64,000 bases of DNA. It comes from an uncultured delta proteobacterium (GTDB lineage: Bacteria; Desulfobacterota; Desulfobacteria; Desulfobacterales; Desulfosalsimonadaceae). Below, piece after piece: positions 9,510-19,892 of this stretch. The translations under genes were made by a program, and so were the position numbers. The notes beneath the pieces are model-generated. The model was not told the DNA's origin. It was given only the letters and a program-made list of their open reading frames with translations, and did no database searches. The stretch spans positions 960,001-1,024,000 of the forward strand of contig CAWGYD010000006.1 of NCBI GenBank assembly GCA_963826785.1, written 5' to 3'. Every line of letters starts with the position of its first letter. Positions within the stretch are counted from its first letter, which is position 1.

Positions 9510-11141
9510 ATGAGAATCGCACTGATCGCACCGCCGTATCCCCTGGAAGAAGTCCCCTCACCGCCGCTGGGCATCTGCTATGTGGCGGCCGCCTGCGAGG
9601 CCGCCGGCGCCGAGGTGAAGATATTCGACTACATTGTCAGCCGGTACAGTCCGGAAAAGCTCAAGGCCCAGCTGGATGAATTCTGCCCCGATGTGGTGGG
9701 CACCACGTCGGTTACCCTGAATTTTACGGCGGCTGCCCGGATTCTGTGTACGGCAAAATCGTTTCATCCGGATATCATTACCATCATGGGCGGCCCCCAT
9801 GTCACATTTCATGCAGAAGAGACGCTGAGAGCATATCCCGGCATCGATGTGGTCTTTCTGGGCGAGGCGGAAAATACGCTCCGGCAGTGGATCCCCCGGG
9901 CATTTGAACCTTCTTCCTGGGGCGGTATCAAGGGGCTGGCATTTAAGCGGCAAGGCGAATTTGTCAGCACGGGCCGGGGTGATTTCATAGAAGACCTCGA
10001 TGCCCTGCCGTTTCCCTCGCGGCATCTGCTGCCCCTGTCCCGATACCAGGCACTGGGGTTTCCCATCAGCATCATCACCAGCCGGGGGTGCCCCAACAAA
10101 TGCATTTTCTGCCTGGGCCGCAAGATGGTGGGATTCAAGGTCCGCTACCGGGACCCGAAGCTGATCGTGGATGAGATCGAAACCCTGGTGAATATGGGAT
10201 TTGATATCATCAACATCGCCGACGACCTGTTCACGGCCAACAAAAAGCGGGTGGCCATGATCTGCGAGGAGATCATCAAAAGGGACATCCGGTTTCTCTG
10301 GAGTGCATTTGCCCGGGTGGACACGGTTTCCAGGGAAGTGCTGGAACTGATGAAAAAGGCCGGCTGTTCGGCGGTGGGGTTTGGCATCGAATCCGGCAAT
10401 CCGGAGATGCTGAAACGCGTCAAAAAAGGGATCACGGTGGATCAGGCCCGGCAGGCAGTGGCGTTGTGCAGGGAGGTGGGGATGCGCGTTCATGCCTCGT
10501 TCATGGTGGGCCTGCCCGGCGAAACCCGCCAGACCCTTCAGGACAGCCTGAACCTGGTGCGGGAACTCGACATCGAACACGGATACCATTTTCTTTCTCC
10601 CTTTCCCGGCACCGATGTCCGGGAGCAGATTAAAGATTTTGATCTGCAGATCCTCACAGACGACTGGGAGCGGTATGACGCCAATTCCGCCATCGTCCAA
10701 ACCAGCGCGCTTACTCCCGAGGAGATGAACGCGTTTGCCCTGGAGGCATGCCGGCCCATGACGGACAAGTGGGAAAAGACCCAGTCGCGGGTCAAGGCGG
10801 GAAATGCAACGGATGCCGAGCGTCTGGAAGTCGAATGTTCAGACCGGCTCAACCTGATTTTTGAAATCCTTTCCAAGGACATGATCGAAGAGGCCGGTGT
10901 ATTTGCCCAGGATGGCCAAGACCCCGTGTTGCAGCTGTCGGGTGAGATCGCCCGCCGCACCGGCGGCGAACCGGATTTCATCTCCCGCTACATCCGGCTG
11001 TGGATGGAAAAAGGGTTCTTGGCCGTATCCTCCGGCAATGGGACGGTCACCTGGTCCTGGGCGCCTTCGGCTCTCCCGTTGGCGGGCGCCACCCGGACAG
11101 ATCCGTCCGAATGCCGGATTGCCGAGGGGCAGACCGCATAG
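9510..11141 (+). CDS. Cobalamin-binding radical SAM protein (class B)
   Basis: PPLGICY, MGGPHVT B12-binding domain; SRGCPNKCIFC, GIESG, SFMVGLPGET, PFPGT. Confidence 0.88.
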   Translation: MRIALIAPPYPLEEVPSPPLGICYVAAACEAAGAEVKIFDYIVSRYSPEKLKAQLDEFCPDVVGTTSVTLNFTAAARILCTAKSFHPDIITIMGGPHVTFHAEETLRAYPGIDVVFLGEAENTLRQWIPRAFEPSSWGGIKGLAFKRQGEFVSTGRGDFIEDLDALPFPSRHLLPLSRYQALGFPISIITSRGCPNKCIFCLGRKMVGFKVRYRDPKLIVDEIETLVNMGFDIINIADDLFTANKKRVAMICEEIIKRDIRFLWSAFARVDTVSREVLELMKKAGCSAVGFGIESGNPEMLKRVKKGITVDQARQAVALCREVGMRVHASFMVGLPGETRQTLQDSLNLVRELDIEHGYHFLSPFPGTDVREQIKDFDLQILTDDWERYDANSAIVQTSALTPEEMNAFALEACRPMTDKWEKTQSRVKAGNATDAERLEVECSDRLNLIFEILSKDMIEEAGVFAQDGQDPVLQLSGEIARRTGGEPDFISRYIRLWMEKGFLAVSSGNGTVTWSWAPSALPLAGATRTDPSECRIAEGQTA

Positions 11142-11196
11142 GTGTGCCGGCGCCGGTTTAATTTTCATGGCCGGCCGGGATTTATTGAAGTGCCGA

Positions 11197-12126
11197 TTAT
11201 GACGGGTCGATCCGTTTGGCGACAATGGCGACCCACTCGTCCTCGACTGTGATCTCTACTGCAGCAAAGCCGCCTGCCGCCAGGGCGTCGAGCACCATCT
11301 GCTGTTTCGGATCGATGATTCCGGAGCAGATCAGGGTGCCGGCCGGTTTCAGGATCCGCCTGATGTCGGGGATCAGTTCCACAATGATTTCCGACAGAAT
11401 ATTGGCGGAAATCAGGTCAAACGTCTTGCTGACCGGATGGGCCAGATGCCCCGTTAAAAGTTGGTATCGATCATCCGGCACCTGATTCTTTAAAAGGTTT
11501 TCTCTGGCCACCTCAATGGCGACCTCATCGTTGTCGATCCCCGTGACGCTTGTAGCGCCCAGCTTATCCGCCGCCAGCAGAAGGATGCCCGAACCGGTGC
11601 CGATATCGAGAAAATGATCTCCCGGCTGAATATAATGTTCAATGAGCCGGATGCACATGGCGGTGGTGGGGTGGGTGCCGGTGCCAAAAGCCATCCCCGG
11701 GTCGATGGTGAGGATGATCTGGCCGGGTTGGGCCGCATACTCCCGCCAGGACGGCCTGATCACGATCCGTTTTGTGATCTGCACCGGATGGAAATGGGCC
11801 TTCCAGGAATGAGCCCAGTCCTGCTCGTCGATGTCGGTGTAAGAAATGGTATAGGAGAGGATTCCGGACTGATGAAGATCCGCCAGCCGCTGCTCAAGGA
11901 CCCGGCTCCGTTCGGCAAGCTGCGTGTTTCGGGGTAAATAGCCGGTGACCGCATGTCCGGAGGGCAGGTTTTCCGCTCCTTCGGCCCAGTCGAGGTCCGG
12001 CTCGGCATCCGGCGATTCAATGGCCACTCCCTGCAGGCCGAACCCGTCGAATATGTCTGAAATAAGATTGGCCGCGGTCTCGGGATCCGCCGCGGTGAAG
12101 CTGATTTTGGTTTCCACCCACTTCAT
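11197..12126 (-). CDS. prmA: Ribosomal protein L11 methyltransferase
   Basis: DWAHSWK, IDPGMAFGTGTHPTT, LDIGTGSGIL, ANIL, SGI. Confidence 0.93.
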   Translation of the reverse strand: MKWVETKISFTAADPETAANLISDIFDGFGLQGVAIESPDAEPDLDWAEGAENLPSGHAVTGYLPRNTQLAERSRVLEQRLADLHQSGILSYTISYTDIDEQDWAHSWKAHFHPVQITKRIVIRPSWREYAAQPGQIILTIDPGMAFGTGTHPTTAMCIRLIEHYIQPGDHFLDIGTGSGILLLAADKLGATSVTGIDNDEVAIEVARENLLKNQVPDDRYQLLTGHLAHPVSKTFDLISANILSEIIVELIPDIRRILKPAGTLICSGIIDPKQQMVLDALAAGGFAAVEITVEDEWVAIVAKRIDPS

Positions 12127-12142
12127 CGGCTTTTATGCCTTT

Positions 12143-13150
12143 CTATGCTTCGGGCCGCAGGATCTTTTCCAGTTGGGCCAGGTTGTCACTTTTTCCCATG
12201 GCAATGACCGTATCGCCGCCTTTGATCATGGTTTCATAAGAAGGATTGAACAGCATATCGCCGTCGGGCTTGCGGACCGCGATGATAATCAGGTTAAACT
12301 TCTGCCGGATACCGGAGTCCCTGAGCATCACGTTGGCCAGGGGAGACGCCGGATCCACCGGAATTTCATCCATCTGGATGTCCTTGCGGTTGTAGGCGAA
12401 CACCAGGTCCAGAAAAGAGGTGACGGATGGGCGGAGGAGCCGCTGAGCCATGCTCACCGCGCCGATCTCATAGGGGGATTCGACCCGGTTGGCCCCGGCC
12501 GCCATGAGTTTGCTCCGGGTGCGGATATTGCTGGAGCGGGCCAGGATGAAAATGTCGGGATTCAGCTGCCGGGCCGTCAGCACCAGAAATACATTGTCCG
12601 TGTCCGTGGCCAGGACGGCGATAATGGCCTTTGCATTTTGAATGCCGGCCTTGAGCAGGTTGTCCTCTTCGGAGGCATCCCCGTTGATGTACAATACGCC
12701 GTCTGAATCCATGGTTTCGATCAGCCGGGGGTCATTTTCAATCACCACCAGCTTGCTGGTGGGGTGGGCTAAAAAATGCATGCACAGGACCCGTCCGATC
12801 CGCCCATACCCGCAAACAATGTAATGCCCTTTCAGATTCTGAATTTTTTTGATCAAATTTCTCCTCCCCATGATGTCGCGGATGCGGCCCTCGATCATGA
12901 ACTGGACCAGGGAGCTTGCCACGAACAAAAACACCGCGACCCCGAAAAATACCAGTATGATGGTGAAAATCCGGCCGGCCTGACTCATCTGGTGAACTTC
13001 ACCGAACCCCACGGTGGTCAGGGTGATGACCGTCATGTATATGGAATCGAGTAGATTCCATCCCTCGATCATCATGTATCCCGCCGATCCCACTGTGAGA
13101 AAAATCAGGGACAGCATAATCGATATCAGCAGATGTCGTGCACTTACCAT
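12143..13150 (-). CDS. Potassium channel with TrkA-N/TrkA-C (RCK) domains
   Basis: Pore signature TLTTVGFGE between two TMs; VCGYGRIG Rossmann; TrkA-C tail. Confidence 0.88.
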   Translation of the reverse strand: MVSARHLLISIMLSLIFLTVGSAGYMMIEGWNLLDSIYMTVITLTTVGFGEVHQMSQAGRIFTIILVFFGVAVFLFVASSLVQFMIEGRIRDIMGRRNLIKKIQNLKGHYIVCGYGRIGRVLCMHFLAHPTSKLVVIENDPRLIETMDSDGVLYINGDASEEDNLLKAGIQNAKAIIAVLATDTDNVFLVLTARQLNPDIFILARSSNIRTRSKLMAAGANRVESPYEIGAVSMAQRLLRPSVTSFLDLVFAYNRKDIQMDEIPVDPASPLANVMLRDSGIRQKFNLIIIAVRKPDGDMLFNPSYETMIKGGDTVIAMGKSDNLAQLEKILRPEA

Positions 13151-13426
13151 TTCAACCGTCTGTATTTATATGTTTATACGCACCATATGCGGGATCGCCT
13201 TAGAACACAAGCTATTTTGAAGAAACCGGGTTCGATTTTTTGGCCAGAATTTGATTTTAACGACGAAATTGAAATTGAGATTTGAGGCATATTTTGTTCG
13301 TGAATCGAACCGGATGAAACATTTGCCCCACGGGCACGGTCGAGCGAACCGGCAGCCCGCCAAATTTCCTGTTTTTACGCGTAATCACTTGACGGCCGAA
13401 GGATGAATTGCTAAAGGACAAAAGCC

Positions 13427-14086
13427 ATGTTCACAGATACCCGAAAATACCAGCGGCTGCGCGATTCGATGGTGGCCAACCAGTTGGAAAGCCGGGGCAT
13501 CACGGATGCCCGGGTGATTGCCGCCATGCGTGCCGTTCCACGCCATCTTTTCGTCAGCGAAGCGCTGATGGATCAGGCCTATGCCGATCACCCGCTTCCC
13601 ATCGGCGAGCAGCAGACCATTTCCCAACCCTTTATCGTGGCCCAGATGACCGAGGCGCTGCAGCTCCATGAAGACGACCGGGTGCTGGAAATCGGCACCG
13701 GCTCGGGCTATCAGGCGGCCATTGTCGCCCGTCTCGCTTACCGGGTTTATACCATAGAGCGAAACCGCGCGCTTCATCTTCAGGCCCGGAAAGTATTTGA
13801 CGAACTCCAGCTTTACAACATCGTGACCCGGTATTCCGACGGCACCAAGGGATGGAAGGAAGAAAGCCCCTTCGATGCCATTATCGTAACGGCCGGGGCC
13901 CCGGGTATTCCATGGCCGCTGGTGGATCAGCTGGCCGTGGGCGGCCGGATGATTATTCCGGTGGGGGATGTTCATGCACAGGAGCTTATCAAGCTGTGCC
14001 GGGATGAAGAGGGCGTTCACCAGGCGGTTCTGGGCGAATGCCGGTTTGTTAAACTGGTGGGTGAACACGGATGGGGGGAAGAATGA
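13427..14086 (+). CDS. pcm: Protein-L-isoaspartate O-methyltransferase
   Basis: VPRHLF, QTISQP, VLEIGTGSGYQAA, PFDAIIVTAG, RFVKL. Confidence 0.93.
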   Translation: MFTDTRKYQRLRDSMVANQLESRGITDARVIAAMRAVPRHLFVSEALMDQAYADHPLPIGEQQTISQPFIVAQMTEALQLHEDDRVLEIGTGSGYQAAIVARLAYRVYTIERNRALHLQARKVFDELQLYNIVTRYSDGTKGWKEESPFDAIIVTAGAPGIPWPLVDQLAVGGRMIIPVGDVHAQELIKLCRDEEGVHQAVLGECRFVKLVGEHGWGEE

Positions 14087-15063
14087 GCCGCAGACCGGCC
14101 CTTTCATGGAAACAGGCATTTTACGCCAGTCCGGGACCGCGTTCCCTTAAAGAGGCGTTGATGCTGGCGCTCAAGGGGGTGTGCATGGGGTCGGCCGATA
14201 TCGTTCCCGGCGTCTCCGGCGGCACCATCGCCCTGATCACCGGCATTTACGAAGACCTGCTGACAGCCATTAAATCGGTGGATTTCACCATGATCCGGCG
14301 CCTGGCGGTATTCGATTTAAAAGGCGCACTGGCCGAGTTTCACCTCAGGTTCCTCCTGTCCCTCTTCCTGGGCATCGGGCTGGCTATCCTCAGCCTGGCC
14401 CGGCTGATGAATTATCTGCTTCATCATCATCCCACCCCTACCTGGAGCCTGTTTTTCGGACTGATCGCCGCATCGGTCTGGGTGGTGGGCCGCAAGGTGG
14501 AAAAATGGAGCCCGGGAGCGGTCGTCATGCTGATCGGCGGGGCTGCCGCCGGTTATATGATCGTCGCCCTGGTGCCGGCCGCCACTCCTGAAACCATGGA
14601 TTTCGTGTTCTTATCGGGACTGGTGGCCATCTGCGCCATGATCCTGCCGGGCATCAGCGGCGCTTTTATTCTGCTGATCCTGGGCAAGTATGAATTTATT
14701 ACCGCCACTTTGAAAAACCCTTTTCTGCTTTCCAACCTGGAGATCATTGCGGTGTTTCTGGCCGGGTGCGTGGTGGGGCTGGCCGGATTTTCACGGGTGC
14801 TCAAATATATGCTGGAGCACTACCACGGGCTGTCCCTGGCATTCCTCACCGGATTGATGGCCGGTTCCATGAGAAAAATCTGGCCGTTCAAGGATACGCT
14901 GGAAACCGCCTGGATCGGCGGAAAAGAAGTGGTGATCCGTCAGCACAACATCCTGCCCGACAGCATTACCTCGGAAGTGGCATTCGCCGTTTTCCTGATG
15001 GTCGTGGGTTTTACGGCAGTGGCCTTTCTGGAGCGCCTGACGGCCGGGGAAAAGACGGCCTAG
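14083..15063 (+). CDS. DUF368 family membrane protein
   Basis: GSADIVPGVSGGTIA..TGIYE and CAMILPGISG repeats; multi-TM; overlaps pcm stop. Confidence 0.85.
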   Translation: MSRRPALSWKQAFYASPGPRSLKEALMLALKGVCMGSADIVPGVSGGTIALITGIYEDLLTAIKSVDFTMIRRLAVFDLKGALAEFHLRFLLSLFLGIGLAILSLARLMNYLLHHHPTPTWSLFFGLIAASVWVVGRKVEKWSPGAVVMLIGGAAAGYMIVALVPAATPETMDFVFLSGLVAICAMILPGISGAFILLILGKYEFITATLKNPFLLSNLEIIAVFLAGCVVGLAGFSRVLKYMLEHYHGLSLAFLTGLMAGSMRKIWPFKDTLETAWIGGKEVVIRQHNILPDSITSEVAFAVFLMVVGFTAVAFLERLTAGEKTA

Positions 15064-15557
15064 TCGGCGGCGTTCATCAGGTTGAATTTTTCCACCAGCT
15101 TTTTCCGGACGACCGGGGGCACCATGGAGTTGATGTCCCCGCCGAATTTGGCGGCTTCCTTGATGATGGAGGAACTGGTGAAAATCCACCGGAGCCCGGT
15201 CATGAGAAATACGGTCTGGATATCCCGGTTGAGTTTGCGGTTCATCAGCGCCATCTGGAATTCATACTCGAAGTCCGAAACCGCCCGCATTCCCCTCAAG
15301 ATTGCATGTGCCTCCCGTTTAACCGCGTAATCCACCAGCAACCCCCCATAGGAGGCGATCTCCACCTGATGGAATCCCTTCAGTGATTTCTTCAGCAGAT
15401 CCATCCGTTCTTCCACGGTAAAGAGGGTCTGCTTGGCCGGATTCTCCAGGATGGTCACGATGATCTTGTCAAAGAGGCACAGTCCCCGGGTGATGATGTC
15501 GATGTGTCCGTTGGTGACCGGATCGAAAGATCCGGGGTAGATGGCGGTGCGGCACAT
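15060..15557 (-). CDS. coaD: Pantetheine-phosphate adenylyltransferase
   Basis: AIYPGSFDPVTNGHIDII, RGMRAVSDFEYE, SSSIIKE. Confidence 0.95.
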   Translation of the reverse strand: MCRTAIYPGSFDPVTNGHIDIITRGLCLFDKIIVTILENPAKQTLFTVEERMDLLKKSLKGFHQVEIASYGGLLVDYAVKREAHAILRGMRAVSDFEYEFQMALMNRKLNRDIQTVFLMTGLRWIFTSSSIIKEAAKFGGDINSMVPPVVRKKLVEKFNLMNAAD

Positions 15558-15598
15558 AGGCAACCTCTTTCATTGAAAATTGAGCAGCGTCAGGGTCA

Positions 15599-16159
15599 TC
15601 ACGAAACTATCATGAATGACAAAAAGGACACAAGCGTTTTCCCGTATTTGCGCTGGTCGTAAAGTTCATAGGCATCCGAGGGCACATCAAACGGGTCGTC
15701 TGCGGCATGCTCGACTATCAGGGACGCCCCGTCCACCAGGGCGCCGGTTCGGGCCAGATTCGACAGGGCGGGGAAAACAGCCTTTCGATGATAGGGCGGA
15801 TCCATGAAGATCAGATCGAACAGGGGGGTGCCCGCCCGGATACAGTTCAGGTTTTTGAGGATGTCCCATTGGATCAGCCGGGCAGCGCCTTCCTGGCCGC
15901 AGGCGCGGATATTGCGCTCGATCACCCGGAGGGCAGGGGCGGAATTTTCGATGAACACGGCAGATCGTGCATTCCGGCTCAGCGCCTCCAATCCGAAAGC
16001 CCCGGTGCCGGCAAAAAGATCGAGCACTGCGGCGCCCGGCACCTGTGCGGATATGATGTTGAAGATGGCCTCCCGGACCCGGTCGGCCGTCGGCCGGGTG
16101 GCGGCGCCGGCGACACTGACCAGTTTTTTCCCCTTGCATTTGCCGGAAATGATGCGCAT
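15599..16159 (-). CDS. rsmD: 16S rRNA (guanine966-N2)-methyltransferase
   Basis: MRIISG, RPTADRVREAIFN, LDLFAGTG, DPPY; precedes coaD. Confidence 0.93.
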   Translation of the reverse strand: MRIISGKCKGKKLVSVAGAATRPTADRVREAIFNIISAQVPGAAVLDLFAGTGAFGLEALSRNARSAVFIENSAPALRVIERNIRACGQEGAARLIQWDILKNLNCIRAGTPLFDLIFMDPPYHRKAVFPALSNLARTGALVDGASLIVEHAADDPFDVPSDAYELYDQRKYGKTLVSFLSFMIVS

Positions 16160-16170
16160 CGCGCGGTCTT

Positions 16171-17529
16171 TTAAGAAGCCTTGAACTGTCTGGCCACCTT
16201 CTGGAGCTGGCTTTTGTCGATGCCGGTGAGCTTGGCCGTCCGGGCGACGTTATACGCATTTTCATCCAGTTTCCGCTGGATGAATTCGGCTTCAAAGGCT
16301 TTGCGGGCATCCTTGAAGGAGTCGATGGCCCAGACGGCCGACCGGGGAGCAGGGGAGACGCCTGCCGGCGCGGCGTAGAATGCCGGAATGTCGCCCCCAT
16401 CGATAATTTCTGCATTAACCATGATTTCAAGTCGTTCCAATAGATTTTTGAGCTCCCGGACATTTCCCGGCCAGGGGTACTGCTGCAGAAGCGCGATGGC
16501 CTCGGGGGTCATCTCCTTGGGCGCTGATCCGCTGTTCTGGGAGATCTGGGACAGAAAGAACCGGACCAGTTCCGGGATATCTTCCAACCGGTCCCGCAGG
16601 GGGGGGACATGGATGGGGATCACGTTGAGCCGGTAGTACAGGTCTTGTCTGAACCGGCCGGCGGCGATCTCATCTTCGAGGTTCCGGCTGGTGGCGGCGA
16701 TCACGCGCAGATCGATGACCAGCGTCCGGCTGCCGCCGATCCGCTGGAATTTCTTTTCATCCAGGATGCGCAGGATAATCCCCTGGGTCTTTAAATCCAT
16801 GTCGCCGATCTCATCAAAAAAGAGGGTACCCTGGTGGGCCAGTTCAAATTTGCCGATTTTCCGGGCCGTGCAGTCGGCAAAAGCCCCTTTTTCATATCCG
16901 AGCAGCTCCCGTTCTGCCGTTTCTTCCGACAGTGCCGAGCAGTTGACATCGATCAGGGGTTTGTCCGAGCGGGGGCTGAGCTGATGGACCATCTTGGCCA
17001 CCAGTTCCTTTCCGGTGCCGTGTTCCCCGGTGATCAGCACCCAGGCCTCCGTCGGGGCGGCAATGGCGATCTGCTTTTTTATGTCCATGATGGATGCGCT
17101 GTGGCCGTTGATGGCATTTTTCTCAATGGTTTTCTTGCGCAAATATTGGTTTTCTTCTTCCAACCGCCTGAAATTAAGCGCATTGTTGATGGCCACGATC
17201 ACCTTGTCAATGGAGATCGGTTTTTCAATGAAGTCATAAGCGCCGATTTTGGTCGCATTGACGGCCGTTTCGATGGTGCCGTGGCCGGTAATCATAATCA
17301 CCGGCAGGGTGGGATGAAGTTTCTTGATTTCCTTTAGCGTATCGATCCCGTCCATCCCGGGCATCCAGATATCGAGAAGCACCAGGTCGGAGGATTCTGC
17401 CTCGAGGATTTTCAACGCCTCATACCCGTTGGTGGCGGTTTCGGTTTCAAAACCCTCGTCAGACAGGATGCCGCTCAAGGATTTCAGGATGGACTGCTCA
17501 TCATCTACGATCAGGATGGAGGGAAACAT
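16171..17529 (-). CDS. ntrX: NtrX-like response regulator (REC-AAA+-HTH)
   Basis: LDIWMPG receiver, GEHGTGKE, DEIGDM, FRQDLYYRLNV, WPGNVREL; GAFTGA replaced by GAFADC; follows ntrY. Confidence 0.82.
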   Translation of the reverse strand: MFPSILIVDDEQSILKSLSGILSDEGFETETATNGYEALKILEAESSDLVLLDIWMPGMDGIDTLKEIKKLHPTLPVIMITGHGTIETAVNATKIGAYDFIEKPISIDKVIVAINNALNFRRLEEENQYLRKKTIEKNAINGHSASIMDIKKQIAIAAPTEAWVLITGEHGTGKELVAKMVHQLSPRSDKPLIDVNCSALSEETAERELLGYEKGAFADCTARKIGKFELAHQGTLFFDEIGDMDLKTQGIILRILDEKKFQRIGGSRTLVIDLRVIAATSRNLEDEIAAGRFRQDLYYRLNVIPIHVPPLRDRLEDIPELVRFFLSQISQNSGSAPKEMTPEAIALLQQYPWPGNVRELKNLLERLEIMVNAEIIDGGDIPAFYAAPAGVSPAPRSAVWAIDSFKDARKAFEAEFIQRKLDENAYNVARTAKLTGIDKSQLQKVARQFKAS

Positions 17530-17627
17530 TCACTTAAACTCCTTCTGTGTAAGTCTTCAGGCTGAAGGGCGGGTGGATTTCAATCATATTTGACCTTCAG
17601 CCAAAGTCTCCTTCTGTTCGGCCGAAT

Positions 17628-19892
17628 TCAGACCGGCAGTTCGATGACAAACCGGGCCCCCTTCGGCTGGTTGTCTTCGGCATATATTCTTCCGTTGTGG
17701 TCATTGATGATGGTGCTGACAATCGCCAGCCCCAATCCCATGCCCGATTTTTTGGTGGTGAAATCCGGATCGAACAGATACGGCTTTTCGTTATTGGCAA
17801 TGCCGATGCCGGTGTCGGCGATCACGATCTGGACCTTTTTGGCCTCAGGATCGAAAGATGCCGCTATGGTGATGACGCCTCTGGTTTTAATGGCGGCAAT
17901 GGCATTATCGACGAGGTTGATGAAGGTTTGCTTGATCTGCTGCCGGTCCAGGTTCAAGACCGGAAGATCATCTGGTATGTTAATATCGAAGGTGATATTC
18001 GGGCGGCCTTCCTTAAACAGCGTCACCGTGTCGGCAATAATCGGCGCCAGGGCGCTGGGTTCCGGGTTTGCGGTGGGAAACCGCGCAAAAGCGGAAAACT
18101 CATTGACCAGGTTGCGGATGAGTTCCGTATGGTCGATGATGGTCTGGGTGCATTCCTCGAAGACCGGATCATCGATGACCGATTTGTACTTGCGTTTCAG
18201 CCGCTGGGCGGAAAGCGAAATGGGGGTCAGGGGGTTTTTCACCTCGTGGGCGATCCGGCGGGCCACTTCCCGCCAGGCGGCCATCCGCTGGGCCTTTTCG
18301 ATCTCGGTCATGTCGTCAAACACCATCACCAGGCCGATCTGCGCCCCGTTGTCATCCTTGAGGGAGTTGAAATTGACCTTGAAGCTTCTGGGTTTTGCCC
18401 CGATGGTCATGGAAATGGACTTGGACAGGCTCTCTTCCCGCCGGTTCCAGAACCGGTCCTGTATCTCGTCGGCCAGTTCCCGGTTCTGGTCCTTCAATAT
18501 ATGCGTATAACTTTTCCGGATGATGTTTTCGGCCCCGATGTTCAGCATCTTTTCGGCGGAATCATTGATGGTGGTGACCATGCCCCGGGAATCCAGGGAG
18601 ATCACCCCGGTGGAGACATTGTTCAATACGATTTCCATGTAGCGCCGCCGCTCCTCGATCTCGATATTCTGGTCGAAGAGCTTGCGGGCGGAAAGCTCCA
18701 GTTCCTTTCGGGAAAAGCGCAGGTCCCGGGTCATCTTGTTGAAGGAGTCCACCAGCGTCTTGATTTCGTCATCGGCCACCACGTTGATGTTATAGGTCAG
18801 GTCTCCCCCTGCCACCCGGTGGGTGGCTTCGGCGAGTTCCATAATGGGCACGGTGATGGTCTTGGAAAAGTACATGCCGAACCAGATGGCGCAGAACACC
18901 ACCAGCAGGGCGACGATGGAAAGGGTGATGTAATAGAAGAACTGCACCGGCTGCTTAAGCATTTTGGTCTGCTGGTACTCTTCATACCCCTGGGAAATGG
19001 AGGCGAGATTATTCACCAGGTTGGGGGGCAGCAGGACGCTGATGGCCACAAAGCCTTCAATGTCGTCGCCTTTGGCGCCATAGGGAATAGCGGAAATATT
19101 GCGGACTACCTCCCCGGAGGCGATATTTTCCGACGCCGACCAGGAAGCCGCATCGATTTGCATCCCCCGCCTGAGCACGTCGGTGTCCAGCGGCCCAAAC
19201 ATTTTGTCCCCCAGAGTGGGAGTTATCGAATAGGCCAGTCGATTGAAATTCCGGTCGTAGGCTTCCACCGCATTGAGATTAAAAGCCCGCTGGATCACCT
19301 GGACATAGTTGGCCAGTTCCGCGCTGTTTTGGGGCGTCAGCAGTTTTCGGCTGTCGATCTGGTATGCGGCCTTGTCCAGGAAAAAGGTGTTGTTCTGCTC
19401 CACCAGGGCATAGAGATTGCGCCCCACGGCCAGCGAGTTTTTCAGCGCCTGGTCCACGGGCACTTTGTACCAGAATTCGATGCTCGACGTAATGAAGTTG
19501 ATGGAAAAAAAGAACAAAACGGTGGTGGGCAGAAGGGTCAGCGCGGTAAACGCCATCACCAGCTTGGTCCTCAGCCGGCTCCCCTCGACGTTGCGCCGCC
19601 GCTCGTAGAAAAGTTTCACCAGATTGCGGAAAACCAAAAATATCAGCAGCAGGATCAGCAGCATGTTGATATTGGTGAGGATAAACATCATCACCATGTT
19701 GGAAACGGGGATATCGCCGCTGTGCCGCCAGGAGCGAATGGTGAAAAACGAAATCAGCAGCACCATTGCAAATACGGATCCGATGATCACATATTCCCGT
19801 TTCCGGCGGCGGCGCTCGCCTTTTTCAAGAAAAGGGGCGGGGTCCTTGTAACGGTTGGGATTTAACGGTTTGCGGTTTGACCATCTATTCAT
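17628..19892 (-). CDS. ntrY: NtrY-like sensor histidine kinase (HAMP-PAS-HK)
   Basis: GSRLRTKLV, HAMP, PAS, AWREVARRIAHEVKNPLTPI, GMGLGLAIV. Confidence 0.85.
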   Translation of the reverse strand: MNRWSNRKPLNPNRYKDPAPFLEKGERRRRKREYVIIGSVFAMVLLISFFTIRSWRHSGDIPVSNMVMMFILTNINMLLILLLIFLVFRNLVKLFYERRRNVEGSRLRTKLVMAFTALTLLPTTVLFFFSINFITSSIEFWYKVPVDQALKNSLAVGRNLYALVEQNNTFFLDKAAYQIDSRKLLTPQNSAELANYVQVIQRAFNLNAVEAYDRNFNRLAYSITPTLGDKMFGPLDTDVLRRGMQIDAASWSASENIASGEVVRNISAIPYGAKGDDIEGFVAISVLLPPNLVNNLASISQGYEEYQQTKMLKQPVQFFYYITLSIVALLVVFCAIWFGMYFSKTITVPIMELAEATHRVAGGDLTYNINVVADDEIKTLVDSFNKMTRDLRFSRKELELSARKLFDQNIEIEERRRYMEIVLNNVSTGVISLDSRGMVTTINDSAEKMLNIGAENIIRKSYTHILKDQNRELADEIQDRFWNRREESLSKSISMTIGAKPRSFKVNFNSLKDDNGAQIGLVMVFDDMTEIEKAQRMAAWREVARRIAHEVKNPLTPISLSAQRLKRKYKSVIDDPVFEECTQTIIDHTELIRNLVNEFSAFARFPTANPEPSALAPIIADTVTLFKEGRPNITFDINIPDDLPVLNLDRQQIKQTFINLVDNAIAAIKTRGVITIAASFDPEAKKVQIVIADTGIGIANNEKPYLFDPDFTTKKSGMGLGLAIVSTIINDHNGRIYAEDNQPKGARFVIELPV

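Noticed and set aside
17697..19865. 722-aa + strand ORF, and similar long ORFs (149-1015, 9558-10700, 26242-27408, 41402-42610, 58595-59746)
   Set aside because: Antisense shadows of well-supported genes, typical of GC3-rich coding DNA; no recognisable motifs
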